A stretch of DNA of 63,071 bases, filler included, from Octopus bimaculoides (taxonomy: Eukaryota), in NCBI RefSeq assembly GCF_001194135.2. It is 4 parts of 4 records of this genome, joined end to end, with 100 filler letters (N's around TTAATTAATTAA, not from the genome) between each part and the next. Parts side by side here need not be neighbours in the genome. Positions count along the whole stretch, not along the records: positions 1 to 28,056 come from NC_068993.1; positions 28,157 to 38,658 come from NC_068987.1; 2 more parts are not named here. One strand, written 5' to 3'. The position numbers were made by a program, and so were the translations under genes. The notes beneath the pieces are model-generated. The model was not told where the DNA came from. It did not search any database and saw only the letters and a list, made by a program, of their open reading frames with translations. Below are positions 25,300-36,506 of the stretch, piece by piece; the stretch's first letter is position 1; each line of letters begins with the position of its first letter.

Positions 25300-25454
25300 T
25301 TTGCGCAACCTAGTGGTTAGGGCTTCGAACTCACGATCGCAAGACCAGGTTTTCGACTGCCAGACCGGCGGTGAGTTGCGTTGTGTTCTTGAGCAAAACA
25401 TTTCACTTCAAGTTGTTCCATTCCACTTAGCTGTAAATGGTCAACCTTGCATCG
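25300..25454 (+). mobile_element. family C SINE head and central block, cut by gap
   Basis: CCTAGTGGTTAGGG A box, TTTCGACTGCC B-box remnant, GTTGTGTTCTTGAGCAAAACATTTCAC...CACTTAGCTGTAAATGG. Confidence 0.8.
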
Positions 25455-25985
25455 NNNNNNNNNNNNNNNNNNNNNNNNNNNNNNNNNNNNNNNNNNNNNN
25501 NNNNNNNNNNNNNNNNNNNNNNNNNNNNNNNNNNNNNNNNNNNNNNNNNNNNNNNNNNNNNNNNNNNNNNNNNNNNNNNNNNNNNNNNNNNNNNNNNNNN
25601 NNNNNNNNNNNNNNNNNNNNNNNNNNNNNNNNNNNNNNNNNNNNNNNNNNNNNNNNNNNNNNNNNNNNNNNNNNNNNNNNNNNNNNNNNNNNNNNNNNNN
25701 NNNNNNNNNNNNNNNNNNNNNNNNNNNNNNNNNNNNNNNNNNNNNNNNNNNNNNNNNNNNNNNNNNNNNNNNNNNNNNNNNNNNNNNNNNNNNNNNNNNN
25801 NNNNNNNNNNNNNNNNNNNNNNNNNNNNNNNNNNNNNNNNNNNNNNNNNNNNNNNNNNNNNNNNNNNNNNNNNNNNNNNNNNNNNNNNNNNNNNNNNNNN
25901 NNNNNNNNNNNNNNNNNNNNNNNNNNNNNNNNNNNNNNNNNNNNNNNNNNNNNNNNNNNNNNNNNNNNNNNNNNNNNNNNNNNNN

Positions 25986-26029
<44 letters not shown>

Positions 26030-26097
26030 GTTGCTGCAAATATTTGTATATTTTTACATAGTAATATTTATTTACATGTATTCCGCCGTATGCATGT

Positions 26098-26215
26098 ATT
26101 CATCCTTTCAGGGTTGATAAAGTACCAGTTAAACACTGAGGTTGATATGATCGACTTTCCTCCTCCTCCACCTCCTCTGAATTGATGGCATTGTACCAAA
26201 ATGGCAAGCCAATAT
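26098..26215 (+). mobile_element. family D SINE 3' half
   Basis: CATCCTTTCAGGGTTGATAAAGTACCAGTTAAACACTGAGGTTGATATGATCGAC...GTACCAAAAT. Confidence 0.7.
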
Positions 26216-26693
26216 TTATTCATATATTCACACCTATCTATCTGTATATAATATATTTATTATTACTATTTCATATGCTCACATGGAATAGCAGATCTCA
26301 TAAAATTAAGCCCAATCATTAGAAATAAACGTACAGGCAACGTGACGCAGACGCACACATACGTCCACAACACACAAGCAATGTAACACACACATATGCG
26401 TTCACTCTCGCTCTGTAAATGACACGGAGCCAATTTTTATTCTCTTTCGATTTTCTCTATATTTTATGTAATATTGAGCCAACTCACAGCACGTGCGTTT
26501 AATAGCTTCACGCTTGATGTAAACATTAAACAAAAAGACAACGGATATTGGAGACTAACGTCGAAATATTAGCCATTTGCTGTATCATAGACTTAATTCC
26601 CTGCATTACATTAGCATTTCTAAAATGAAATGAAAATAATTTATTTTTTAATGTTTATTAATTAATATTTATAGCTTTAATTTATTTCCGTAG

Positions 26694-27034
26694 GCACTTT
26701 TTACCATGCCTGCAGAGACGACTCACTCCAGTTNNNNNNNNNNNNNNNNNNNNNNNNNNNNNNNNNNNNNNNNNNNNNNNNNNNNNNNNNNNNNNNNNNN
26801 NNNNNNNNNNNNNNNNNNNNNNNNNNNNNNNNNNNNNNNNNNNNNNNNNNNNNNNNNNNNNNNNNNNNNNNNNNNNNNNNNNNNNNNNNNNNNNNNNNNN
26901 NNNNNNNNNNNNNNNNNNNNNNNNNNNNNNNNNNNNNNNNNNNNNNNNNNNNNNNNNNNNNNNNNNNNNNNNNNNNNNNNNNNNNNNNNNNNNNNNNNNN
27001 NNNNNNNNNNNNNNNNNNNNNNNNNNNNNNNNAG
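26694..27034 (+). other. candidate spliced exon, mostly hidden in a 299-N gap
   Basis: AT/pyrimidine tract ending TTTATTTCCGTAG at 26693; 40 nt open in all three frames (ATG at 26706 gives MPAETTHSS); AG|GTGAGT donor at 27035 right after the gap. Gap flanks are unique sequence, unlike most gaps here. Confidence 0.35.
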
Positions 27035-27074
27035 GTGAGTCCTTGAAGTAAATAAAACTACAAATAATTATTAC

Positions 27075-28056
27075 AAATTTTGGCATGAAATTAGTAATAT
27101 AAAGAGGAGAGCTTAATCGATACCATCGATACAGTACTTGACTGGTACTTTATTTCATCGATTTCCGAAAGAACGAAAGGTAAAATCGATCTCAGTGTGA
27201 TTTTAAACCAGAGCATAAAGAGTTAGAAGAAATAAATCCCATGACATTTTAACCGTGGCTCTTTCCATTCTAACAAATCGCTCTTTTGGTACAGCTATAC
27301 ATATTTTTTTCTAATTTTGGCACAACGCCTGTAATTCTGAGGGAAGAAGGGAAAGTTAACCTTGGCGGCATTTAAACTAAGGATGTAAAGAACTGGAGGA
27401 AATTTCAATATGCTTTTTGTTTGACGCGCTAACGTTCTGCCTTGGTGCACGTATAAATAATCCTTTCTACTATAATCACAAAACCTGAAATTTTGGTGGG
27501 AGGAACTGTCGATTATATTGACCCCAGCGTTCAACTGGTACTTAATTCATCAACCCCGGAAGGTTAAAAAGCAAAGTCTATCTCGGTTGTATGTGAACTC
27601 AGATCGTAAAGACGGACGAAATCTTGCTTAGCATTTTGTTCCGCGTGATAATGATTCTGACAGCTCGCTGCTTTAGTACAGCTAAAATAAATAGTTTCGA
27701 ATTTTGGCACAACGCCAGCAATTTCGGGGGAGGAGCTTAATTGATGAGATCGACTCCAGTGCTCAACTGGAGCTTATTTAATCGAGCTCCCGAAAGAATA
27801 AAATGCAAAGTCGACCTCGACGGAATTTTATCTCAGAACGTAAAGACGAAATGCCACAAAGCTTTATTGCTCACAAGGGGTTAAACATAGAGGGGAAAAA
27901 CAAGGACAGACAAAAGGGATTCAGTCAATTACATCGACTCCAGTGCGTAACTGGTACTTAATTTATCGACCCCGAAAGGATGAAAGGCAACGTCGACCTC
28001 GGCGGAATTTGAACTCTGAACGTAACGGCAGACGAAATACCGCAAGGTATTTCGCC
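27075..28056 (-). mobile_element. array of five diverged family D SINEs, head-to-tail, with three different tails
   Basis: Copies at about 27075-27285, 27300-27450, 27455-27675, 27690-27862 and 27863-28056. Tails: AATTTTGGCACAA, CCTTTCTACTA, and CACAAGGGGTTAAACATAGAGGGG. Confidence 0.85.
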
Positions 28057-28183
28057 NNNNNNNNNNNNNNNNNNNNNNNNNNNNNNNNNNNNNNNNNNNN
28101 TTAATTAATTAANNNNNNNNNNNNNNNNNNNNNNNNNNNNNNNNNNNNNNNNNNNNTGTACGTATGTATGTATGTATGTATGT

Positions 28184-28562
28184 GGAGGCGCAATGGCCCG
28201 GTGGTTAGGGCAGCGGACTCACGGTCATAAGATCGTGGTTTCGATTCCCAGACCGGGCGTTGTGAGTGTTTATTGAGCGAAAACACCTAAAGCTCCACGA
28301 GGCTCCGGCAGGGAACGGTGGTGAACTGAACCCTGCTGTACTCTTCCACCACAACTTTCTCTTACTTCCTGTTTCTGTTGTGCCTGTGGTTCAAAGGGTC
28401 AGCCTTGTCACACTGTATCACGCTCACTATCCCCGAGAACTATGTTAAGGGTACGGTGCGCATGGAGTGCTCAGCCACTTGCACGTTAATTTCACGAGCA
28501 GGCTGTTCCGTTGATCGGATCAACTGGAACCCTCGACGTCGTAAGCGACGGAGTGCCAACAA
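28184..28562 (+). mobile_element. family B head + tail-1 SINE, full length
   Basis: GGAGGCGCAATGGCCCGGTGGTTAGGG A box, GTTTCGATTCCC B box, body GAGCGAAAACACCTAAAGCTCCACGAGGC, tail ...CGTAAGCGACGGAGTGCCAAC; sits in (ATGT)n. Confidence 0.92.
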
Positions 28563-28673
28563 ATGTATGTATGTATGCATATTCTTTTATGCAATTATAT
28601 GCTTCAGCCCCGAGGCTATGGCCATGCTGGGGCACCACCAGTGAAAAATGTAGGAGGTTCTGATACATACATG

Positions 28674-28727
<54 letters not shown>

Positions 28728-28779
28728 TGCTTTTATAAATAGATATAGATATATATTGTAATGTAATATATGTAAAGAA

Positions 28780-28915
28780 TATTGGTCTGAAATCTAGCAA
28801 GCTCGATAGATGGGGTAAGTGGATTACATCGACGCCAGTGTTCACCTGTACTTATTTTATCAAACCGGAAAGGATGAAAGTTAAATTCCGTTCTCGGCGG
28901 AATTTAAACTCATTG
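28780..28915 (-). mobile_element. family D SINE fragment
   Basis: GGATTACATCGACGCCAGTGTTCACCTGTACTTATTTTATC...GGATGAAAG...CTCGGCGGAATTTAAACTCA. Confidence 0.8.
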
Positions 28916-28979
28916 TGAAGCTGGAGTTGCAAATAATATTAGAATGTATATNNNNNNNNNNNNNNNNNNNNNNNNNNNN

Positions 28980-29017
<38 letters not shown>

Positions 29018-31525
29018 GAGAGAAACATGATTACCTTGCATAAATCACAATACATTCGTTTGCGTTTCTTTTGAGTTTCACGCACTACGATCTTTATTCT
29101 TGATCTGTTTCAGCTTCTGATCCATTCTCATTTCAATGAGATTGGTCTCTGCGTTCATCGTTATCGATTGATTTCTGATTCCTTTTTTCTAATGTCGGTC
29201 AATATCTGTCGCATCCGCTAGTTTATTTCTGACTATGTTCTAGCATAAACTAGAGACAACCAGAAATGTTTTCATCGCATCGTGTGCTAAATCGTTGAAT
29301 CTACTATGCTTCATTTGTTGGAGTGCATCTTATTTTTCATTTAATGTGTTTGTAGTAGTTACATTGATTTCTGTTGCTGAAATATTAACTATCTCACTTA
29401 TTTTTGTTTCGTGTTAATTCGTAATCATAATTACTTATTGTGACTGAAGTCATAAATTTTCCAAGTATTCATTTTACAATTCGTAAGTCAGAAATGGCTA
29501 CTGTGCCACTGAGAGAATTGTTTGAAACCAAGAGGTGGTTTTGGAGAAAGACAAAAATTCTTCTATTTCAGTTTAGTTTTGTCCCTGATAGACTTTCCTC
29601 TAAATAAGCAGAGACATGGCAGAATCTTTAGCACGTAGGACTAAAAGCTCAATGCACCTGGATGTTTACTTGTTGTCCAAGTTATGAGATCAAATCTGAT
29701 TGTTAACTTTGACTATTTTCTTTTCACAATCAGTAAAATAAAATTGCAGACCAGCACCGTGGATCTGCCAGATTATGAGAGTGTCCGACAGGACGTCTTG
29801 CTGAGTGTTCGAAGTTTGTTGATGATAGGCTTATTCGGTCCCTACGTTTACCATCTACACCCGATTTCTGGTTGCCTTTAGCAAATTTGCCATTCTCACA
29901 ATCATTCAAACCAAGTACCCAGTTCACGGATGATTTCTTTCAATCAGTGACGGTGACACTGATAAAAGAAACTATTAGCCGTGCAGCCATTCCTTTACCG
30001 ACTAAGCGTTAAATTATTCGTCGTTTCATAACCTTATATACATGAAAAAAATATTTTAACCTCTGATGTAACGAAAAACTGACTAAATTAATTTTTCAAC
30101 ACGTTTTGAGAAATATAACTACCAAAAGTATTACTAGAATGATTAAAACCGTGATACAGCTGTTATCGTGTTTCATGAACAACAGAAAATTTCACTTCGG
30201 TACTGAAAGATTCAGTAATACTCGCTAAATGTACTTGTCTCTTCCTGGTGCCAGTTGACGGTATGAATGGTAATACACTAAAACGATAAATAAGCCTAAA
30301 TTATCCGAATGCTTTATTTTTTGGTATAGAAAGTATCAGTGACAATATCTACATAATCGATATTTTAACCCGAAGTTCGATCTCTGATCTATTCACATGG
30401 CTTCACCCTTTCGGTTATGTTAATTAGCTGTTCAGTTAACTAAAATCAGATTTCTATATACATGAATAATTTCCATCGCCGCATTATACTTAATCATTTA
30501 AGTATCGTTTCTCTGATATATATTTTTCTTCCTGTATTTTTATTGGAGATGTTTTGTATCTTTTTATTTCTCTAACTGCTACTATGAATACATATTGATC
30601 ACTTTCCCTATATCTTTAATAGCTTCTCTCTCTCTCTCTCTCCCCCCCTCTCTCTCTCTCTCATACACACACACACACGCACGCACCCCCTCTCTCTCTC
30701 TTTCTTTAATATATTATCACTTCACCAGTTAACATTAAAGATTTGAAAATTTACAAATTTCTCAAGACGCAAAGTTCTTACAAATAAATAGAATGAAGTT
30801 TCAACACTCTACCAATTATTTGCAATGATTATTTCCATTAGAATTTTCACATTCTATGCACAGCAGCAGTTTTTTTATGTCCCCTCCACGCGCTATTCAC
30901 GTAAGTTATTGTATGAAGGATATTTTATTGTTGCCAGAAGTCACGAATTGGTAACTTTTCGTGCCAACCACAAGCAACAAGAAATCGTGATCTCTTCGGG
31001 AGATAATATATAGATTTAAAGTAAATCTAATTCCTAAGTCCTATCTCTTGAATAAATCAGTACACATCTGAAGAAAATTTAGAAAAAAAATAAAAATAAA
31101 AGCAGTTATAAAACATGTCTGTATTTCATTTTCTATTCTCATAATCGCTTTAGCATAGTGTAGAGTCACAAACAAATTAAGTCATACAGGACATTCATTC
31201 GCTATTCGGCAACTTTTCTGTCATTCTACAACGTTATTTCAATGCTGTTAACGCAACACATCTATAATTTAAAGATTTAAAAGCCCATTATAATTTAATT
31301 ATGGTTCTAATATATATATATATATATATATCATTATTCTTTTATAATCGTTATAAATATACAAAGAAAAGCCGCAGTGAACGAGCAAGAACATTAGAGC
31401 ATCACACTATATCTATATTTTACTATTTAGTTTCGAACATCAGTGTTCTATATTGAAACCTGCTATTGAATTTAACTTTTCCCTTCTGAGATTTCGTGCA
31501 TATACACGCATACGTACATACATTC

Positions 31526-31558
<33 letters not shown>

Positions 31559-32376
31559 NNNNNNNNNNTATATATATATATATATATATATATATCTTTA
31601 TATATATTCAGTTCCACATTACTTAAAGTGTTAAGGGCATGCAGGGCTTCTCAATCTCATCACATGTTCGGAGGGTGTGAAAAAAAAATTTAAGATTACT
31701 CCTAGGTTTTAGGCATCTAATGGTTAGCTCAGGTTATGTGATATTAATACTATCAAATTGACACCGCTATTATCTTTATATTTAGGTCAACCTGTTCAGA
31801 CAGGATGTTGGCAGGATGGTGATGCGAATATGGCGGCGAACTAGGACATAGTATATTCAACAACATAGTGTATTTAGTTCCTGATATTGGCTATAGCACA
31901 GAGTGAGGTAAAATGTTGGCATGAGTCAGTAGTTCAGTCATCGTTCAGCAGCAGAAATCTTTACGTAGGAATAATCATTTTGATGTCGTTATTTTTAGAA
32001 TTGAGGCTACATAGCAAACATAAGTAGGATGTATTCTACACGAGCGGCTGGGACTTAATATCACCTGCAATTTTCCCAGTTAACGAACATCAGGTTGTCA
32101 TTTACAGTTCGAATATACCACCCTGGGTCTAGCTGACCCACGAGTACAGGATATTTTAATGCCTGCCGACCGACCTCAGAGACAACTAACACCCGCATGT
32201 TAGTCAAGTTATCCTAGTTGTAACACGACACCCATAAAATGATTATTTTCATGTGACGATTGCTGCCGCTAATGTTTTCATAATCAATTGAATAATGACG
32301 AAACGCGTGGCTTGCGAACAGGGTACCACCATACAGACTGAACAGATGGAGCTAAAAATAAATAAAATGATCTTAT

Positions 32377-32496
32377 ATACACGGCCATATCAGGTTGAAA
32401 GCGCCGGTTCTCGTCCGGTCACCTAAGTTAAGCAACATCGAGCCTAGTTAGTACTTCGATGGGTGATCGCTTGGGAAGCCTAGGGGCTGTAAGCAT
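32377..32496 (+). pseudogene. 5S rRNA pseudogene (dispersed single copy)
   Basis: ACGGCCATATCAGGTTGAAAGCGCCGGTTCTCGTCCGGTCACCTAAGTTAAGCAACATCGAGCCTAGTTAGTACTTCGATGGGTGATCGCTTGGGAAGCCTAGGGGCTGTAAGCA is collinear with animal 5S rRNA. The first 4 nt do not pair with the 3' end, box C reads TTCGATG rather than TTGGATG, helix II is mispaired, and there is no oligo-T terminator. Confidence 0.9.
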
Positions 32497-32571
32497 CAAA
32501 TTCTTTACGGCGGTGCATCAGCATCGCCGCAGTTATGAGCTAAACAAAAAAATATATTTATATTTATATCC

Positions 32572-32602
<31 letters not shown>

Positions 32603-32914
32603 TGTGTGTTTGTATAATCTATCTATCTGTCTGGGCGTGTTGTAATGTCCTGGTTGAATTCAATAACTTACTTTTTCACCCACATCGCTGTACTTGTGTA
32701 TAATGCGAATAAGTATTCGTGCATGATACTTACAATGATGAAGACGTAAAGTATGCAGTAATTGTGAAACGTAAATACATGTTGCAGTGAAATTATGGTA
32801 ATCTATGTGACTAGGTGCATGGAGAAACACTATATTTTAAATCTAGCTCACACGAAGTATAAGAAACGCTCAGTTATTTGCTTTAAGGTTTTATTAATTA
32901 CATAAAACGTTTTC

Positions 32915-33192
32915 TATTCACTTCTATAGTTAAGAGATGAGGAATTATGTACATTATTTACATTATTCACAATTGACGGATATTTGTTCTCATCTTGTTT
33001 GTTGTTAACACAGCGTTTTGGCTGATATACCCTCCAGCCTTCCTCAGGTGTCTTGTGGAAATTTCGAACCTGGGTTCTCATTCCCAAGGTATTTTTCGAT
33101 GTTATTATTATTATTATTCAGGTCACTACCTGGAATCGGACTCGGAATCTTGGGGTTAGTAGCCTGCACTCTTAACCACTACGCCATATGTC
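32915..33192 (-). mobile_element. family G: tRNA-headed SINE with Penelope-type hammerhead-like 3' region
   Basis: Minus strand: A box TGGCGTAGTGG, B box GAGTCCGATTCC, (AAT)n linker, then GACAC-CTGAGGA-A-GGCTG-loop-CAGCC-AAAACGCT-GTGTT. Confidence 0.8.
33007..33052 (-). ncRNA. degenerate minimal type-I hammerhead ribozyme motif
   Basis: Stem I GACAC/GUGUU (5 bp), CUGANGA core, stem II GGCUG/CAGCC (5 bp). Two core deviations in this copy (G12A, U16.1C), so probably inactive. Confidence 0.6.
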
Positions 33193-33352
33193 CGTAGTGG
33201 TTAAGAGCGTTAATTTGAGTAGTTATGATTCTCATAACCTAACTTTCCTGAGAAATAGATATTTTCAACCAAAAGTAATTCAGATTAAGTTAGTAGACCA
33301 CAAGTATTGAGAGTTTTTTAATTCATATCTGCAGACTAATTACTGTAAGCCC

Positions 33353-33425
33353 TTTACGTTTTGTGTTCAAATCACACCGAAGTTCATTTTGCCTTCCAGA
33401 GACCGATCAATAAACGACCAGTCGG
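33353..33425 (+). mobile_element. family D SINE fragment
   Basis: TTACGTTTTGTGTTCAAATCACACCGAAGTTCATTTTGCCTTCC. Confidence 0.55.
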
Positions 33426-34267
33426 TATTGTTCTAGAGTTCATTTGACTCTAACCCACTCTTAGCTACTTAAGATCTTTTTGAAAATGTATGTAAACCTT
33501 GTTTCAAGCAGTAAACACGAGTTGGTTAGCAAAAATTCCCGGTAACCCAAGTTAATAATCCGATTTTGGAACCGTGCACCTCGTGTAGTCGCCTCATTTG
33601 AAATATGATTATATAAATACCAGTGTTGAAGTTTCCAAAATAATTTACCCTTGTTTCAAATCAAAATAATGTGAAAATTATCTGCAAGAATAATTCAGTA
33701 GACATTTGAACCAAAATACATTACTAAGAACGCGCATATCCTTCAGAAGGAAATTAAGATTATAATGGAGCGTTGTTTTCGACGTGGAAACATATTTCGA
33801 GTGAAATGCAAATTTCTGAAGCAAAATTACTGCTCGCATAGCTTTTGTGGCTAAGTTCTCCCAAAATATTGAAACCTCAAATCCATTTGATTTGAAACCA
33901 TTTTGCCACTTCAACTAATTTTGAAATATTGGACTTCTATAGAGGCTATCACCACAAAAAAAAAAAAAGAATTTACAAAATAATATCTCAAAACCTCTTC
34001 TCCCTATAACACTCAGGGTGCCTAACTCAGCAAAGACATTTAGGGATTCTTTTTTAATTTCCCAATTAATAATGTCCGATTGTTGAGCCTGACACTATTA
34101 TGAAAAATATTAATGTCATAACATTTCAAAGTTTAATCCCGTNNNNNNNNNNNNNNNNNNNNNNNNNNNNNNNNNNNNNNNNNNNNNNNNNNNNNNNNNN
34201 NNNNNNNNNNNNNNNNNNNNNNNNNNNNNNNNNNNNNNNNNNNNNNNNNNNNNNNNNNNNNNNNNNT

Positions 34268-34615
34268 CTCGAAAGAATAAAAGACAAAGTTGACCTTAGA
34301 GGAAATTGTACTCAGAACTTAAAGAAAGACAAAATGCCGTTAAGCATTTTCCCCGGCGTGTCAATGAGTCTGCCAACTCGCCGCCTTATTCGCGTAAAAT
34401 ATTCGTTTCTACTCTAGACACAACGCCCTGAAAGTTTGGGGGAGGGGCCAGTCAATTAGATCCACCCCAGTACGCAACTGGTACTTAATTTATCGACCCT
34501 GAAAAGATGAAAGGCAAAATCGACCTCGGCAGAATTTGAACTCAAAACGTAAAGACAGTCAAACCACCGCAAAGCATTTAGCTCAGTGTGATAACGTTTC
34601 TGCCAGCTCGCCGCA
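34268..34615 (-). mobile_element. two tandem family D SINEs
   Basis: Copies at about 34268-34390 and 34400-34615 (TTCTACTCTAGACACAACGCC tail, GACCCTGAAAAGATGAAAGGCAAAATCGACCTCGGC, TCTGCCAGCTCGCCGC head). Confidence 0.88.
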
Positions 34616-35389
34616 TTCTCGTAAAAAATTGAAACGCATTCTTGTAAGAAAACGTGAGCGTCCTTTACATATCTTATTATTCGCTGAAATCATTTTACAT
34701 CTTAAATAACGTTAGTACTCCTGGAAATATAAGAACTGATTTTCTCTTATTTTAAACAGAAGTTCCATTAAACCTCATTGGCATAAACCAATGTTACTTC
34801 AAAGTTGCGACTCGAAGGATTATTTCAATATCCATTTAGAACTGAAGTAAAGTGAATTTGGCATTCCAGTTACTGCCTTTCAGATATGGTAAAATGTCTA
34901 GACATGCCTTTGTTTCTCGTTGAAAAAAATTTTTTTTTTATACAAACAAAAATATTGTTTTCTACGAAAAAAATATTTTCGTAACACAAAACAATTCGTT
35001 TTGGGAATATTTTGATAAAAAGACTATTTCTTCCAGTTCTCTGTCTGTATATTGTAGTGCCTCCTACAAAGTAATAAGTCAAGACGAGACTCTGCTCTTC
35101 TGTATTCAACCAGATGTAATTTTTATTTGCGACGTTTTGATTCTTGAAAAAGTCGTCAACCTGACGTTTAAATATTTTTTAACCTTTAAGTATGTCCTCA
35201 ATGTGGTTATGCACAACCACGGTGATGTTCAAATATTCCAACTCTAGAAAAGGGAATTAACACTGGACTCATTTAATCAATCAGATATATATTCGTTGTA
35301 ATACAGACCACGTACTTTCTCTGATAGATAAGTTAGTTTAATAATAAAATTACAAGTTTTGTAATATATATTAAGTGTATATCGAGATA

Positions 35390-35775
35390 GTGGAGGCGCA
35401 ATGGTCCAGTGGTTAGGGCAGCGGACTCGCGGTCACAGGGATCGCAGTTTCGTTTCCCAGACCAGGCGTAGTGAGTGTTTATTGAGCGAAAAGACCTAAA
35501 GCTCCACGAGGCTACGGCAGGGGATGGTGGTGAACCATGATGTACTCTTTCACCACAACTTTCTCTCACTCTTACTTCCTGTTTCTGTTGTGCCTATAAT
35601 TCAAAGGGTCAGCCTTGTCACACAGTGTCACGCTGAATATCCCCGAGAACTACGTTAAGGGTACACGTGTCTGTGGAGTGCTCAGCCACTTGCACGTTAA
35701 TTTCACGAGCAGGCTGTTCCTTTGATCGGATCAACTGGAACCCTCGACGTCGTAAGCGACGGAGTGCCAACTAAC
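35390..35775 (+). mobile_element. family B head + tail-1 SINE with 12-bp TSD
   Basis: Collinear with 28184-28562; perfect TSD TATATCGAGATA at 35378-35389 and 35776-35787. Confidence 0.95.
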
Positions 35776-36188
35776 TATATCGAGATAATGGTCCATCATA
35801 TTTGTGGATAACACTTCTGTTATTCCATGTCTCAACTGATCTAGATTTAAAATTAAGGCTTCGCTTGCAATGATAAAGAATAATAGTAAAAGAATTATAT
35901 GCAATAAGATGTATGCCCTTCTCACTCTTTGAGGAAAACATTCTCTTCAGAAGACAAAATAGGGATATGCTTAGAAACGATTATCTTCCCCTGGGCAGCA
36001 ACTCTCTTTCGTTCTCTGTCTCTACCACAGTATATACAGCTTTAAAAATGATCACCAGGTGTATATATATATGAAGTATTAATGTTTACCTCGGGAAACT
36101 CTTTCCTCAGGTATACTCAAAGGAGTAACATTATACTTGATATCCTCATGACACCATCAATTTTAAAGAAATAGTCATGCACAAACAA

Positions 36189-36506
36189 TTTTTTATTCAC
36201 GCGCCCTTTTAAAGCCAAGCCAGGCTCATGGGCCCGGTTTCCCGGTTTCTATGGCGTATCTGTTTCCCCCACCCCCAGCTGGACGGGACGCCAGTCTATC
36301 ACAGTTTTACTCAAGGAACAGAGGGAGAGAAAGTTGGGGCGAAAGAGTACAACAGGGGTCGCCACCACCCCCTGCCGGTGCCTCGTGGAGCTTTAGGTGT
36401 TTTTTTTCTCAATAAACACACACAACGCCTGGTCTGGAAATCGAAACCGCGATCGTCCGACCGCGAGTCCGCTGCCCTAACCACTGGGACGTTGTTGCGC
36501 CTCCAC
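36189..36506 (-). mobile_element. family B head + tail-2 SINE with 13-bp TSD
   Basis: Same head and body as 35390 but a different 3' part (GACTGGCGTCCCGTCCAGCTGGGG...AGAAACCGGGAAACCGGGCCCATGAGCC); TSD CATGCACAAACAA at 36176-36188 and 36507-36519. Confidence 0.93.

Noticed and set aside
28101-28112. TTAATTAATTAA between two runs of 44 N (also 38703-38714 and 56845-56856)
   Set aside because: Identical 100-bp 44N-12-44N cassette with stops in all six frames; a synthetic scaffold spacer, not biology.
28184-28260. tRNA genes suggested by A/B boxes (also 35392, 38119, 33120-33190)
   Set aside because: No complete cloverleaf or acceptor stem, and each continues into a repeated SINE body.
29725-29881. 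Open frame after TTGCAG (TSTVDLPDYESVRQD...)
   Set aside because: Weak acceptor, no donor and no homology recognisable to me.
32270-32315. GAAACGCGTGG with palindromic ACGCGT, hammerhead-like
   Set aside because: No CUGANGA or pairable stem II upstream. The same applies to GAAACGT hits at about 5210 and 16355.
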